A stretch of DNA of 64,000 nucleotides. Source: a virus (taxonomy: Duplodnaviria; Caudoviricetes). The notes under the pieces are model-generated. The model was not told where the DNA came from. It did not search any database and was given only the letters and a program-made list of their open reading frames with translations. Position numbers and translations under genes: made by a program. Shown here one piece after another: positions 28,055 through 39,000 of this stretch (positions are counted from its first letter, which is position 1; the number at the start of each line of letters is the position of its first letter). Location: IMG/VR virus record IMGVR_UViG_3300021255_002694; one strand, 5' to 3'.

Positions 28055-29314
28055 ATGGCTGATCTTAATGTTTTTGAACTAACAAACAAAGAGCTTCATA
28101 AGACAGAAGCAAAGGCAACCAAAAAGGCAACCACTAAGAAGTCCGTTAAGGAGTCCGTTATGGGTAAGAAGCGCAAAGCAGCAAAGCGCAATAAGCCTTT
28201 CCAGATTCCGGCAAGCAAGATTAAGTGCGAATCTCTTTCTTGGTTCTTGAAAGAAGAAGAAGATGGTGAGGAAACCGACATTACCAATGATTACACTCCT
28301 GATGATGAGGTTGTTCTTGTTATTGATCCAGAGATGGATGAAGTTCCAGATGATCTTGATGATGCAGAGGAACAGGCAGAGGAACTTGTCGGTCAGCATG
28401 TTTGCAAATGCTCTATCTGCGGTGCAAACTATGTTACCGATGCTGAAATCACTGAGGAAATGGAACTCGAAGATGAGGAATGCCCAGTCTGCGGCGAAAC
28501 TGGTGAGCAGATCGTCGTTGGTGTTATTACTCCTACCGAGGAACTTTCCGGTGAGGATGAAGAAGATATTGAGGGCGCAGAGGAAGTTGGCGCTGATGAT
28601 TCCGAGGAAGAAATTGAGGTTTCTGACGAGGATGGTGAGGATGAAGTTGACGTTGATGAGTTTGAGACTGAGGATGAAGATGACTTTGGTGAGTCTGTAA
28701 AGCGTTCTCGTGCAAGAACACTTCGTCGCAAGGCAGAGTCCGTTCGCAGAAACAAGGTTGCTTCCCGTGGTCGCAAGGTTGAGTCTGCAAGACGTTCTCG
28801 CGTTGTTAAGGCATCTCCGGCAACCAGAAAGGTTCGTGAGTCTGCTCAGAAGTCTGTTAATTTTGATGAGAGTACACTCAACAGAATGCTTACTCGTTTT
28901 GCAAAGGAGAACTACTCCAATGTTAAGTTTGTAAACATTACTAAGGGTTCTGTTCGTGGAAACCGTCTTACACTTGAGGGTACTGTTACCACTACAAAGG
29001 GTTCTAAGCGCCCAATTAAGTTCATCTCTGAGAACTTTAAGTCTGATAAGAGAATGACTCTTCGCTTCAAGGAAAATGGTCCGTTCACAGAGTCCGTTAA
29101 GAACTCTGGCGCAACATTTATTGTTGAGTGTGCAATGAAGGGCAATACCATTGTTCCAATCAGCCTTAGATATAACTATCAGGCAAAGAATGCTGGTGGC
29201 TCTATGACTGAGCGCAAGAATACCTACTCTGTTACTGGTAAGATTCTTTCTGAGTCTGTTCGCAGACCTGCAAAGACTTCCAAGACCGAAAGACCTAGAA
29301 AGTCCAGAAAGTAA
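28055..29314 (+). CDS. charge-segregated protein with zinc finger, putative prohead core/internal protein
   Basis: basic N-terminus, acidic block with CSIC/CPVC, Arg-rich ES-delimited repeats. Confidence 0.6.
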   Translation: MADLNVFELTNKELHKTEAKATKKATTKKSVKESVMGKKRKAAKRNKPFQIPASKIKCESLSWFLKEEEDGEETDITNDYTPDDEVVLVIDPEMDEVPDDLDDAEEQAEELVGQHVCKCSICGANYVTDAEITEEMELEDEECPVCGETGEQIVVGVITPTEELSGEDEEDIEGAEEVGADDSEEEIEVSDEDGEDEVDVDEFETEDEDDFGESVKRSRARTLRRKAESVRRNKVASRGRKVESARRSRVVKASPATRKVRESAQKSVNFDESTLNRMLTRFAKENYSNVKFVNITKGSVRGNRLTLEGTVTTTKGSKRPIKFISENFKSDKRMTLRFKENGPFTESVKNSGATFIVECAMKGNTIVPISLRYNYQAKNAGGSMTERKNTYSVTGKILSESVRRPAKTSKTERPRKSRK

Positions 29315-29330
29315 TATAGATTGATCGAAA

Positions 29331-29366
29331 GGGGAGTTTATTGCTATGAAAAATAATAAACTCCCC
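29331..29366 (+). promoter_or_regulatory. hairpin sequestering SD and start codon of the SWIM gene
   Basis: GGGGAGTTTATT/AATAAACTCCCC, 12 bp perfect, ATG 29346 in loop. Confidence 0.6.
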
Positions 29367-29921
29367 CTTATCGAAGTAACACGATGGGATATTATTAGAA
29401 GATCACAGCGAGAATCGCCTGAGAGATTTCAAAAACAGAAATTCTATAAAGCCAAAGATTTCAATGGTGTTAATTTTGAAGAACTGTTTACAAACGATAC
29501 TTTTACATGGCAATCTCGTGTTGGTGATTACATCGTTACTATTTCGTTTGAGGGGGCTTTTTCAAGCCTATATACGAAAGTCGGTAGTTGGTCTGGTAAA
29601 AATAGATGGAAACGAATTGATCTTAAATTGCTTACGAAATGTTTATCAGAAGCACTTGATGAAGAAGATATTTATTTTGATTGTGGGTGTCCCGATTTCG
29701 TCTATAGATTCGCATTTTGGGCAACACAAGTTGGTGCAAAATATGGAACACAGCAAAACAGACCACCAAAAGTGCGAAATGTGAGAAATAACAAAGGATA
29801 TTGTTGCAAGCACGTTCTATCTGCTTTATACGGAAAACGATGGGTTCCGGCAGCAGCTAAAGCATGGTTACAATATATTCAAGCTAATCCGGAAGTTGCA
29901 GAAGAAATGATTTGGGGGTAA
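29346..29921 (+). CDS. SWIM zinc-finger protein
   Basis: CGCPDF...CKH. Confidence 0.75.
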   Translation: MKNNKLPLIEVTRWDIIRRSQRESPERFQKQKFYKAKDFNGVNFEELFTNDTFTWQSRVGDYIVTISFEGAFSSLYTKVGSWSGKNRWKRIDLKLLTKCLSEALDEEDIYFDCGCPDFVYRFAFWATQVGAKYGTQQNRPPKVRNVRNNKGYCCKHVLSALYGKRWVPAAAKAWLQYIQANPEVAEEMIWG

Positions 29922-29926
29922 TGCAG

Positions 29927-30427
29927 ATGGGATTACTTACTCAAAATGATTCTACAATGTTTAGAGGCTATTTTAAGGAAATGGCAAAATTACTTGGAAT
30001 ATCTGTTTTATATCAATATCCAATAGATATGGATTTTACAATATATGCAGAAGAAACACCAAAAGGATTTTCAGAAGAAATCCAAATTGATATAATTTTT
30101 GATGAAAACCCTAAGATAACAACATTACGTAAGTATGGATGGGTTTCAGAAGTTCCTGATGATAAACCATATATGGCTACACTCCCATATGATACGAAAA
30201 ATCTCTGTAAAGGTTGCAGAATCAGTATTGTTCCACCGCAACCACTTTCCGGAAAAAGAACATTTGTTGTAACTGATATTCAAGCTGGTCTTGAATTTCC
30301 CGATAGTTGGGTATGCAAATTAGCACCTGTATTTAAGGACAAAGTTCCGCCTGAGAAGCTAGATAAATATAAAAAGAAAGATAAAGTGTTTATGAATTTT
30401 GATGCCGGACAGGAGAAAACCAGATGA
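29927..30427 (+). CDS. putative head-tail connector/neck protein
   Basis: position; beta-rich, TLRKYGW motif. Confidence 0.5.
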   Translation: MGLLTQNDSTMFRGYFKEMAKLLGISVLYQYPIDMDFTIYAEETPKGFSEEIQIDIIFDENPKITTLRKYGWVSEVPDDKPYMATLPYDTKNLCKGCRISIVPPQPLSGKRTFVVTDIQAGLEFPDSWVCKLAPVFKDKVPPEKLDKYKKKDKVFMNFDAGQEKTR

Positions 30428-30852
30428 AAATATGGATGCCTGTAAATCAAGAGCAATCAAAAAAGCCAAATATAGAATCCTATGTGTTTTCATGTAATCT
30501 ATATTTATATAGACTAAGATCAATACTATTTGCGCACATGATAAAAACAAAATGGAAAATATTTGAGCAAAAACTGAATGAATCGGACTCTGATGAGTTG
30601 AAATCATTGAAAAATGTAGAATCAATACCGCTTCAATACATGAACAGTTTAAAATGCTTTCTTGATCGTGATTTAGCAAAGTGCTATTTTGCAGTTCCGG
30701 AGAAAATAAGATGCAATGGTTCAAGCCTTAGTTTAGATAAGGTAGTAAGACTTGCAGAGTATGGAAATGATGATATACCACCTATGAATTGGATACGTCA
30801 CAGTACAGTAAAATTCTATGATTATGTAATCAATGATGTGAATTTCAGATGA
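30424..30852 (+). CDS. putative tail completion protein
   Basis: position; RLAEYG..IPP motif. Confidence 0.4.
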   Translation: MKIWMPVNQEQSKKPNIESYVFSCNLYLYRLRSILFAHMIKTKWKIFEQKLNESDSDELKSLKNVESIPLQYMNSLKCFLDRDLAKCYFAVPEKIRCNGSSLSLDKVVRLAEYGNDDIPPMNWIRHSTVKFYDYVINDVNFR

Positions 30853-30873
30853 TTGATTTCGGAGGTAGCATGA

Positions 30874-31470
30874 ATGAGTGTAAAATGTTATGATGATGCA
30901 ATCGTAAAAAGATTCCGTGCTGTTTTCGGAACAAATAATGTGTATGTTCTTCCAGTTGAGAATGCAATAAGATTCACAGCACAGCTAAAGCGTGATGATG
31001 TCACATTTCCACTAATATCTACTACAAGACTTGGTTACTCTATTGTCGGGGATAATGTAAACTACAATGCAAAAATGACTGGTTCATTTGTTCGCAGAGA
31101 AGATGATAATAATAATACGTTTGCAACATCAATTCCAATTAGAATTGAATATCAAATGGATGTTTTTACAGTTGATCGTGAATCATGTGATGATATAGTA
31201 AGAGAACTTATATTCTTCTTTCTAACAAGACCAACACTTGTAGCGCACTTTGAATACGGGCTTGATATAAAGCAAAACTTTACTCTGTTGATGAATGATG
31301 ATATTGTAGATAATTCAGATACAGTTGAACATATAAACAACGGTGTAATGTTTCGTAATACATTAACATTTTATGTTGATGATGCGAGACTATATATGAA
31401 TAATCCGCAAGTTCAAGGAAAAATTGAATGCGGTGTTGAATCTTTTAATAGACGAAAACCGCAGAAATAA
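30874..31470 (+). CDS. tail terminator/sheath stabiliser (gp15-like)
   Basis: FPLIS..R, IPIRIEYQMDV; upstream of sheath. Confidence 0.6.
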   Translation: MSVKCYDDAIVKRFRAVFGTNNVYVLPVENAIRFTAQLKRDDVTFPLISTTRLGYSIVGDNVNYNAKMTGSFVRREDDNNNTFATSIPIRIEYQMDVFTVDRESCDDIVRELIFFFLTRPTLVAHFEYGLDIKQNFTLLMNDDIVDNSDTVEHINNGVMFRNTLTFYVDDARLYMNNPQVQGKIECGVESFNRRKPQK

Positions 31471-31482
31471 GGAGGGTATATA

Positions 31483-31890
31483 ATGTACTCAGTTCAAAAT
31501 CTAACAAATAGACCTGTTGCTTTTCAAGGCACTGTAATCGCACCTTATGGTTCAGCTACGTTTGCTATTTTTACTGATTATATCACTCTTGCAAGACTTT
31601 CAAATTCTGGTAAGATTAGATATTGTCAGATTCAGAACAATGTAGAAGAAAAAAAGGTTGAGATTAAAGAGGAAAAGATCGAGGTAGCAGAAGAACCAAA
31701 GGTTGTTGAACCTGTTGAAACAGTTGTTGATGAAACTCCTGTTGAATCAGAACCAGAGGTAGTCACATCAAAGTTGTTTGAAGTTGAAAACATTTCAGAC
31801 ACCGCTGTTGATACAGATGTAGAAACTACAGATGAGAGCGTCAAAGAGACTTCAAAAACCAAAAAGCGTTCTAAGAAGAACACTCAGTAA
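31483..31890 (+). CDS. hypothetical protein with E/V/T-rich low-complexity tail
   Basis: AAGGAGG SD. Confidence 0.6.
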   Translation: MYSVQNLTNRPVAFQGTVIAPYGSATFAIFTDYITLARLSNSGKIRYCQIQNNVEEKKVEIKEEKIEVAEEPKVVEPVETVVDETPVESEPEVVTSKLFEVENISDTAVDTDVETTDESVKETSKTKKRSKKNTQ

Positions 31891-31926
31891 TTCTTAGAAT
31901 AATATAAACTGAAAGGGGAAATTATA

Positions 31927-34275
31927 ATGCCTCAGATTACAGTTAATGAGATTGATCAGAGTGTTGTAACTAGAGTTGTTGTTGACAATCGTGTTAAGAT
32001 TCTTATTCCGGCTATTACTTCGTTTGGTCCTGCGTTTGACGGTAGTGAGAATTGCGTTATGACAATGGATGACGTTTCTGATTTTAACCGTAAGTGTGGT
32101 TACACCGCAGCAGAGTTTAATCCATTTGAAGCTAATCGTGCCGGAACTGGTTTACCAGAAGATAGATCAAGAGATTATGCAAAAGAATTGATGAAGCGTG
32201 GTTCACTTGTATCTGTTGTAAGAGTCAATACAGGTGGAAGCACAGCAGAATTTGATGTTGGTGGAACTTCAACATCTGCACAGCCAAGAGTTCCGAGCAT
32301 CTATGCTGTACCAAATTCTGTACTTCCTACAATAGCTGACGATGACATGGAAACAGCACAGATTTCTGGAACAACTACTGGAACAACAACAGTAACACTT
32401 AGTATTGGTGCTGGTCAGACAAGTCAAGTTGTTCCTGGCACAGTCTTATTTACAATGGATTCAAAAGAATACTGCGATACTGGAAATCGTGTCACAGTTT
32501 CATCAACAGCTTCTAAGTGTGATATAGTTGAAAAGGAATCCGGAAAAATTGTCGGTTCTATTGAATATTCAAATAATGGTTCTAACAATGGAACAATAAC
32601 ATTTAAGGATTCTACTATTGTAGCCGGAAAAACCGCAACTGGTAGCTATAAAACCTTAAAATCTGGTTCTGCATGGAAATATACATTTGCTCCGCAGATA
32701 AGCGCAATACAGGCAAAATATTTCGGTTCATTCGGAAACTGCTTGTTTGTATCAATATCAAATATAACATCTGCAAATGTTGCAGAAGCCTATCAGTATG
32801 CAAACATTTCTGTTTACTATGTTGACAGAGATATAAACTACGGATGGGACAGCACTGCACAGAAAGCATATATTAAGAGTCAGGTTGTTAAAAATGTAAC
32901 TAGACTTGAAACAAAGAGAGTTTCAACTAATCCAAATGATCCATTCTACTTTGAAGATGTTGACTTTGATTTCATTAAAATCGTGCCAACAGATAAAGCG
33001 CGTGACGAACTTTCTATTGTTTGGAGCAATATAAATGGTAGTCCGGAGTCAAGTCAACAGTATTCAGGATTCCCAGTAATTCCTCTTAAATATGTTGATT
33101 CCGCTGGTTACTCCACTTATAATTACAATAGTGCTTTATCTGGTGGTTCTGACTTTGCATACAGTCCAGAAGTTCTTGAAAAGAGAAAAGCTGGATTTAA
33201 GGGTTACACTAAGGGTGATACATGGGGAGATGCAGACGTAGTTGCAAATATAAAAGATGTGTATGGTGATCAAACCAAAGCCGGAATAATCGCAACAGTA
33301 TACAGTAACATCATACAGATGTATAAATCCTTTACTGATCCTTACATCTACGATTTTGATTTTATTACATCTGGTGGTTTTACATACGAAAAGTATTCAA
33401 CGTCTTACGGTGATGGAACATATACTATTAGAATTGAATCACCAACAACTGATACACTTCACGGAAATGCATCAATATATAAGTCTGTTACACCTGTTCA
33501 TGAAGCCATGAAAGATTTGGTTGAACAGCGTCAAGACTGTATTGCACTATTCGATCTACCGCCTGAGTATGCTCCTGATAGCATTACAGAATATTCCAGA
33601 ATGTTGAATACATCTTATGGAACAATGCACTTCCCGTGGGGATATGTTCAGGACCCAGAGATTTCAAATCACCTTATACTCATGTCTCCATCTTTCATCT
33701 TCTTGTATACATTCTTGTCAAATCTTGATAATAATGTCGATGCTCAAAAGTGGTTCCCACCAGCCGGAGTTGCTAGAGCAACTGCAAGAGTTGTAAAGAA
33801 ACCATACTTTGAGATTGATTCTGTTCTACTTAATAAGTGGCAGAATGACACAACTGCAAGAGTTAATCCGATCATGCGCTTGAAGCAGTATGGATATGTT
33901 ATTTACGGTCAGTACACCACACTTGAAGCTATTGATTTGTATACACACTCTGCTCTTGAAAGTCTTAATGTTAGACTTATTTCCAATGTTGTTAAGAAGA
34001 AGATTTTTGATGTATGTCTGAATCTTGCTTTTGAACCTAATACAGAAACACTTTGGAATAAATTTTACGCACAAATGGATGAGTTCTTGCGGTATATGAA
34101 GTACAATGACGGTGTATATGATTATAGAATTGTTATGGATGAATCAACCGTTACTACGGATGATATTAACCATCTCAGATGTCCTGGAAAGGTTTATATT
34201 GCACCTACTAGAACAGCAGAGTTCTTTGACATTGATTTCATTATTACCGAGGCTGGCGCACAATTTAATAACTAA
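31927..34275 (+). CDS. contractile tail sheath protein
   Basis: ITVNEID start; WFPPAG, LNVRL, FEPN, PTRTAEF. Confidence 0.93.
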   Translation: MPQITVNEIDQSVVTRVVVDNRVKILIPAITSFGPAFDGSENCVMTMDDVSDFNRKCGYTAAEFNPFEANRAGTGLPEDRSRDYAKELMKRGSLVSVVRVNTGGSTAEFDVGGTSTSAQPRVPSIYAVPNSVLPTIADDDMETAQISGTTTGTTTVTLSIGAGQTSQVVPGTVLFTMDSKEYCDTGNRVTVSSTASKCDIVEKESGKIVGSIEYSNNGSNNGTITFKDSTIVAGKTATGSYKTLKSGSAWKYTFAPQISAIQAKYFGSFGNCLFVSISNITSANVAEAYQYANISVYYVDRDINYGWDSTAQKAYIKSQVVKNVTRLETKRVSTNPNDPFYFEDVDFDFIKIVPTDKARDELSIVWSNINGSPESSQQYSGFPVIPLKYVDSAGYSTYNYNSALSGGSDFAYSPEVLEKRKAGFKGYTKGDTWGDADVVANIKDVYGDQTKAGIIATVYSNIIQMYKSFTDPYIYDFDFITSGGFTYEKYSTSYGDGTYTIRIESPTTDTLHGNASIYKSVTPVHEAMKDLVEQRQDCIALFDLPPEYAPDSITEYSRMLNTSYGTMHFPWGYVQDPEISNHLILMSPSFIFLYTFLSNLDNNVDAQKWFPPAGVARATARVVKKPYFEIDSVLLNKWQNDTTARVNPIMRLKQYGYVIYGQYTTLEAIDLYTHSALESLNVRLISNVVKKKIFDVCLNLAFEPNTETLWNKFYAQMDEFLRYMKYNDGVYDYRIVMDESTVTTDDINHLRCPGKVYIAPTRTAEFFDIDFIITEAGAQFNN

Positions 34276-34293
34276 TAAGAAAGGGTGAGTGTT

Positions 34294-34842
34294 ATGCCAT
34301 TGAAACTTGGTTTTTATCACGGTATAGGTCAGGATGATTGGGAACCACAGCGTACTAATAACTTTGAGATTCAGTTCCCAAATCTAGGTCAACTGTTTAC
34401 GATTGATCAGGGACTAGCACTTCCAGGAAATGCAAGTGATCTTCTCACACTTTCTGTTAAGTCTGTTTCTTATCCGTCTACAAACATTGATAAGCTGACA
34501 ATTAGTTATGGAAACAACTCTGTCAATTTCGCCGGAAGACCTAACTATGGTGATGTTGAAATTGTTGTAAATGATTTCATCGGAATCCAGAGTGAGAGAA
34601 TCCTTATGGGTTGGAGCGGTCTTGTTTACAATCCAAAGACAGAGGTTATCGGTTGGGCTTCACAGTATAAGCGTGACGGATATCTCCTAGAGTTTGCACC
34701 TGATGGTACATGTGTTCGTAGAACACAGCTTAGAGGTTGTTTCCCTGGCACAGTAGCACCAGGAAACTTCTCTAACGATGATAACTCACTTAGAGAGATT
34801 TCAGTTACATTCTATTGTGATGTGGCTATTCCACTTGACTAA
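34294..34842 (+). CDS. tail tube protein (gp19-like)
   Basis: follows sheath; EPQRTNNF, YKRDG, GCFP. Confidence 0.88.
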   Translation: MPLKLGFYHGIGQDDWEPQRTNNFEIQFPNLGQLFTIDQGLALPGNASDLLTLSVKSVSYPSTNIDKLTISYGNNSVNFAGRPNYGDVEIVVNDFIGIQSERILMGWSGLVYNPKTEVIGWASQYKRDGYLLEFAPDGTCVRRTQLRGCFPGTVAPGNFSNDDNSLREISVTFYCDVAIPLD

Positions 34843-34855
34843 TTTAATTTCTACG

Positions 34856-34894
34856 AAGTGCCTGATATACAAAAAATATCAGGCACTTTTTATT
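34856..34894 (+). terminator. rho-independent terminator
   Basis: AAGTGCCTGATAT/ATATCAGGCACTT plus T tract. Confidence 0.8.
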
Positions 34895-34979
34895 AAAAAT
34901 AAGGAAAAAATCAACTATAATCCTATAAGTTTGTTGCTATGCAACATTTGCCGGATTATGTAATTTGGAGGATTTTACT

Positions 34980-35762
34980 ATGGCGAGAAATTTAATCACA
35001 GAAACGCTTGTTCTACCAAGTGCCGCAACTCATCTGTACGGAGATCAGTTTGACGGGCATCTTACATTGAGAGCCATGACAACAGATGAGGAAAGAATGC
35101 GCCTTAGTGGACAATCTTTTTATCAAACAATGTCAGCAATAGTGAATGAATGTATTGTTGACAATAAAAATCCAGATGGAACATATAAACTTGACTGTGT
35201 AGCATTTACAGATTTTGATTTCTTTGCTGTATGTGTTAAGTTAAGAATCATGTCATATGGTCCGAAGTATAGAACTATTGCAACATGTCCTAAGTGCGGT
35301 AGAAAATTTCAGACTTCTGTAAATCTTGCTGATCTTGCATATAATCTTGTTCCAGAAGATTTCACAGAACCTTATACTGTAGGACCTCTGCCTTTAAGCG
35401 GTGATACACTTGGATGTAGATTCCTTAGAATAAAAGATAGAATTGATATTGAAAAACAGCGTGATATTATTCTCGCTAACAATCCAAAGTATCAAGGTGA
35501 TCCTACTTTTAATCTTGAAATGGAACGCAGAATCATGGAAGTAAATGGTAAGCCGCTTGATTATATAACAGCCGGAGATTATATTCGTGATATGGTTGCC
35601 GGAGATAGTGTTGTGTATCATGAAGAAGTTGACAAGAGTAAAGATTTCGGAGTAATTCTGTTTAATCTACTTGATCATTGTGAAGATGAAGATTGTGACG
35701 GTCAACCTTTCTGGATTCTAAGAGCAGATAGAGAGTTTTTTCGACCATGCCTCGATAGTTAA
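34980..35762 (+). CDS. tail assembly chaperone / T4 gp26-like baseplate hub protein
   Basis: LPS, LRIMSYG, CPKC; ends EFFRP; between tube and tape measure. Confidence 0.75.
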   Translation: MARNLITETLVLPSAATHLYGDQFDGHLTLRAMTTDEERMRLSGQSFYQTMSAIVNECIVDNKNPDGTYKLDCVAFTDFDFFAVCVKLRIMSYGPKYRTIATCPKCGRKFQTSVNLADLAYNLVPEDFTEPYTVGPLPLSGDTLGCRFLRIKDRIDIEKQRDIILANNPKYQGDPTFNLEMERRIMEVNGKPLDYITAGDYIRDMVAGDSVVYHEEVDKSKDFGVILFNLLDHCEDEDCDGQPFWILRADREFFRPCLDS

Positions 35763-35994
35763 TGGAAGACCTTACAGTGCATATAAGTATGAACAAGTAT
35801 TAAAGGAACAACTGCTTATAGCATATCTATCTAAAGGGGCAGTAACATTATCAGAGACAAGAGACTTACCTATAAATGATAGGAAAATTCTGTTGACAAC
35901 ACTAAGACAAGTTGAAGAAGAAAAGAAGAAAAAAATACAGGAGATAAAAGATTCTCGTAAATATGACGGTATCCGCAATAGGGGCAAGAAATAA
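35722..35994 (+). CDS. start-less gp51-like/G-T chaperone extension, probably made by frameshift (absent from ORF track)
   Basis: open +1 frame ...NGRPYSAYKYEQVLKEQLLIAYLSKGAVTLSETRDLPINDRKILL...; overlaps TTT TTT CGA. Confidence 0.7.
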   Translation, partial: EQIESFFDHASIVNGRPYSAYKYEQVLKEQLLIAYLSKGAVTLSETRDLPINDRKILLTTLRQVEEEKKKKIQEIKDSRKYDGIRNRGKK

Positions 35995-36020
35995 AAGAAA
36001 GTGAGAGGGGTTGACATTGT

Positions 36021-39000
36021 ATGCCGGAAGATTTAGGTAATCCTACACGTATGCCACAGCAGAATGATGATTTCGCTGCAAATGTTACCAATCAAATACT
36101 TGCTGGATTTAGTGGCTTGCAACGTGAACTATCCGAAATGAGAAAACTTCTCTCACAATCTCAGAAAGCGGATAGCAAGTATAAATTTGCAACAAGTGAT
36201 TTCGATGATCTTCTATCTGATATACGAAGTTCATCAAAATCGTCTAAAAACACAGCAAAAGATATTGAGGGACTTATAAAGGATTTCAAGAGAGATGTAA
36301 CTTATGCAAAAAGTTCTGCAACTACAAAAAGAGAATCCTTAAATAGACAAATATCATATTCAGGTGAATATGGAATTAACAAAATATACTCAGCTAGAGT
36401 TGCAAAATCTACTGCTGATATTGAAGCTAAACTTGAAAAATTATATGAAGCCGCAGATAATAGTTTTTCTAATCTATCAGCACATCTTGGAAATCTTGAA
36501 GCCAAGAAAGCGCGTGAAACAGAAGCATCGTCTAAGATGCAACGAAAGATAGATGAACTAGATGGAAAAATAGGTCTATCTAAAGATAGAGATGAAATAG
36601 ATGCTCTTACTGTTTTACGTGATCAGATATTAGAAGCTAAATCTAAGACTGATAGTAGTATTGAAAGTACAACAGCTAAAATTGAAAGCGTAAAAAAGGA
36701 TATAGAGACAGACTTATCAAGCAGATCAAAAGAATATCAGACTTTAGTAAGAAGTTTAAGAGATACAGAGGATTTAATACATAGAGAACTTTCAAGTGTA
36801 TTGAAAGCTGTAGATGATGCAAAGAGTGGTACTGATTCTCTGAGAGGTATGTCTGCATACCTGAATGAGAATGTAAAACGTCCAGAAGATGTTGAAACAG
36901 AACTAGATAAACTAGCCCGTGCCGTAGAAAAACAGAAAGATATTATACATTCTGCAATTCTAGCAATAAATAAAAAACTAGAAGATAAAACACTAGATGA
37001 ACAGGAACGTAAAAATCTTGAATATCAGAGACAGCTACTTGTTAAAGAGTATGATGCACTGAATAAGTGGAATCCTAAACAGGAAATGTTCTCAAAAGCA
37101 GTAAAAACATTTGCAGATGCCGGAAAGAGTATTTTAGGTGCAATAGGAAATACTGCAATAAAGAGACTAGAAGATTACTACTTAAATTCATACAAGGAAT
37201 CTTTCAATAAAGTTTATGATTCTATTGAAAACACAAGAAATACTGTTTCTGCTAGATTGAAATTAGATCAAGGCGGTTTTTCTGATCTACAGGCAGATAT
37301 TCAAAATGAAATAGAGGCACTTGGTATTGAAGCATCTGTTACTCAATCAGATGTAAATGATGCTCTTGTTTCATTACAAGCTGCCGGAGTTACTGATCCT
37401 GAAATGTTGAAGTCACTTGCTATAGAGCAAGCAAAATTGATTGCAAGCGGAAGTTCATTGAATCTTGGAAATGAAGAAATGATACAAAACTTGCGTCAAG
37501 TATATCAACAGCAAATTCAATCTGGTGCAAGTCAGCAAGAGGCACTAGATGGAATAACGAACCTATTAGATGATATCGGCACATACCAATCAATGACCGG
37601 AACTACTGGATGGGATTCATCTCTAGTAAACGGCGGTATTGACAGAATTGTTAATAATATGTTAAAGCTAGGTATCACAGGGCAGAAGAATATAGATCAA
37701 ATGTCTAGTGATATTGGAGCATATATTCAGGCAAGTGAATCATATTACAGCAGAGGTCTTGATCCAGATCAACTCTATCAATATATAAATGATATTGCAA
37801 ATAAAAGTATAGATGAAAATTCAACATTTGAGCAGATACTACAGCAATATGGTATTAACAGACAAGCAGTCTTAACTAAGGGAATGGATGAGCTTCTGCG
37901 AGAAATTGATGATGCATCAAGAAATATATTACAAGAAACATCTAAGGGCGATGATAGATATATTTCTCAAATCTCAAATGCATATGAACTAGGTCTTGAA
38001 GGACTAGAAGCCATAAGACAAAGAGACAGTGATGCATTACCGGAAGCGTGGACAGAAGAACAGAAAGCACAGGCAAAGCGAGATTCTATATCTAACATGC
38101 AACAAGGCACATTCATTTCCGAAACAAGAAAACATCAAAATAAAACTGAAAATTCTATGGCAGAACTTGCTATAGATGCAGAAAAGATGTATAAAGGAAA
38201 TGATCTTGTCAATGCCGGATTTGATATGGTTGAGACTGGTCTTAGTGCAATTAAGAATGTTGCATCAGAAATACTGCATACAATGTTTGTACAATCCGCT
38301 TTTGGCAAACAACTAAGTTCCGAAGGTGCTTCTATTACATCTGCTGGAAACTTTTTAACTGGTGGTGCTAATTTTGGCGCTCCGTTAAACGGTAAGATTT
38401 CAAATGGAAGTGCCGCAGGTAAACTTGGAAAAGGTCTGACTGTAGCCGCCGGTGTTGGTCAAATGGGATATGCCATTATTGATACCATAAAAGAACATGA
38501 TTCAGGAGATTCATCACTTGATACCGCAATAAATTTATTCGATGAACCTGAATTGTGGAGCGGAATGGGTACAGCAATCGGCGGCGCTTTAGGAGGACCA
38601 GTTGCAGGAGCAGTTGTTGGTGGCTTAATGGGTGCTGGTGGCAAGTTTGGAAACTATCTTGCAGAGCGTATTGAGAATAAACTTGATCCATTTGAAGAAG
38701 CTGTAAATGATTTCAAGGAATCAACTGCAAAACAGCTTAGTGATGATGAATCACAATTAAATTCAACACTTTCAACACTTTCAAAATATGAAAGTGTTAT
38801 GAAAAAGAATGATAAGAACCAGATGAAGATGCTTCTAATGGAAGAAGCAAATTTGTCTGCAAAAGACCTACAAAATATAACAGATGAGAAGTTGCAAGAG
38901 TTATTTATGAATAACCTTGTAACACAACAAGAGAATCTAGCGCGAGAGAAAGAACAGCAAGTTTCACTTGATAGAATACTGAATGATAATGCACAGGTAA

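Noticed and set aside
28263-28934. Overlapping alternative-frame ORFs in the acidic/basic gene
   Set aside because: Explained by low-complexity codon usage (GAT/GAG runs) that lacks stops in other frames
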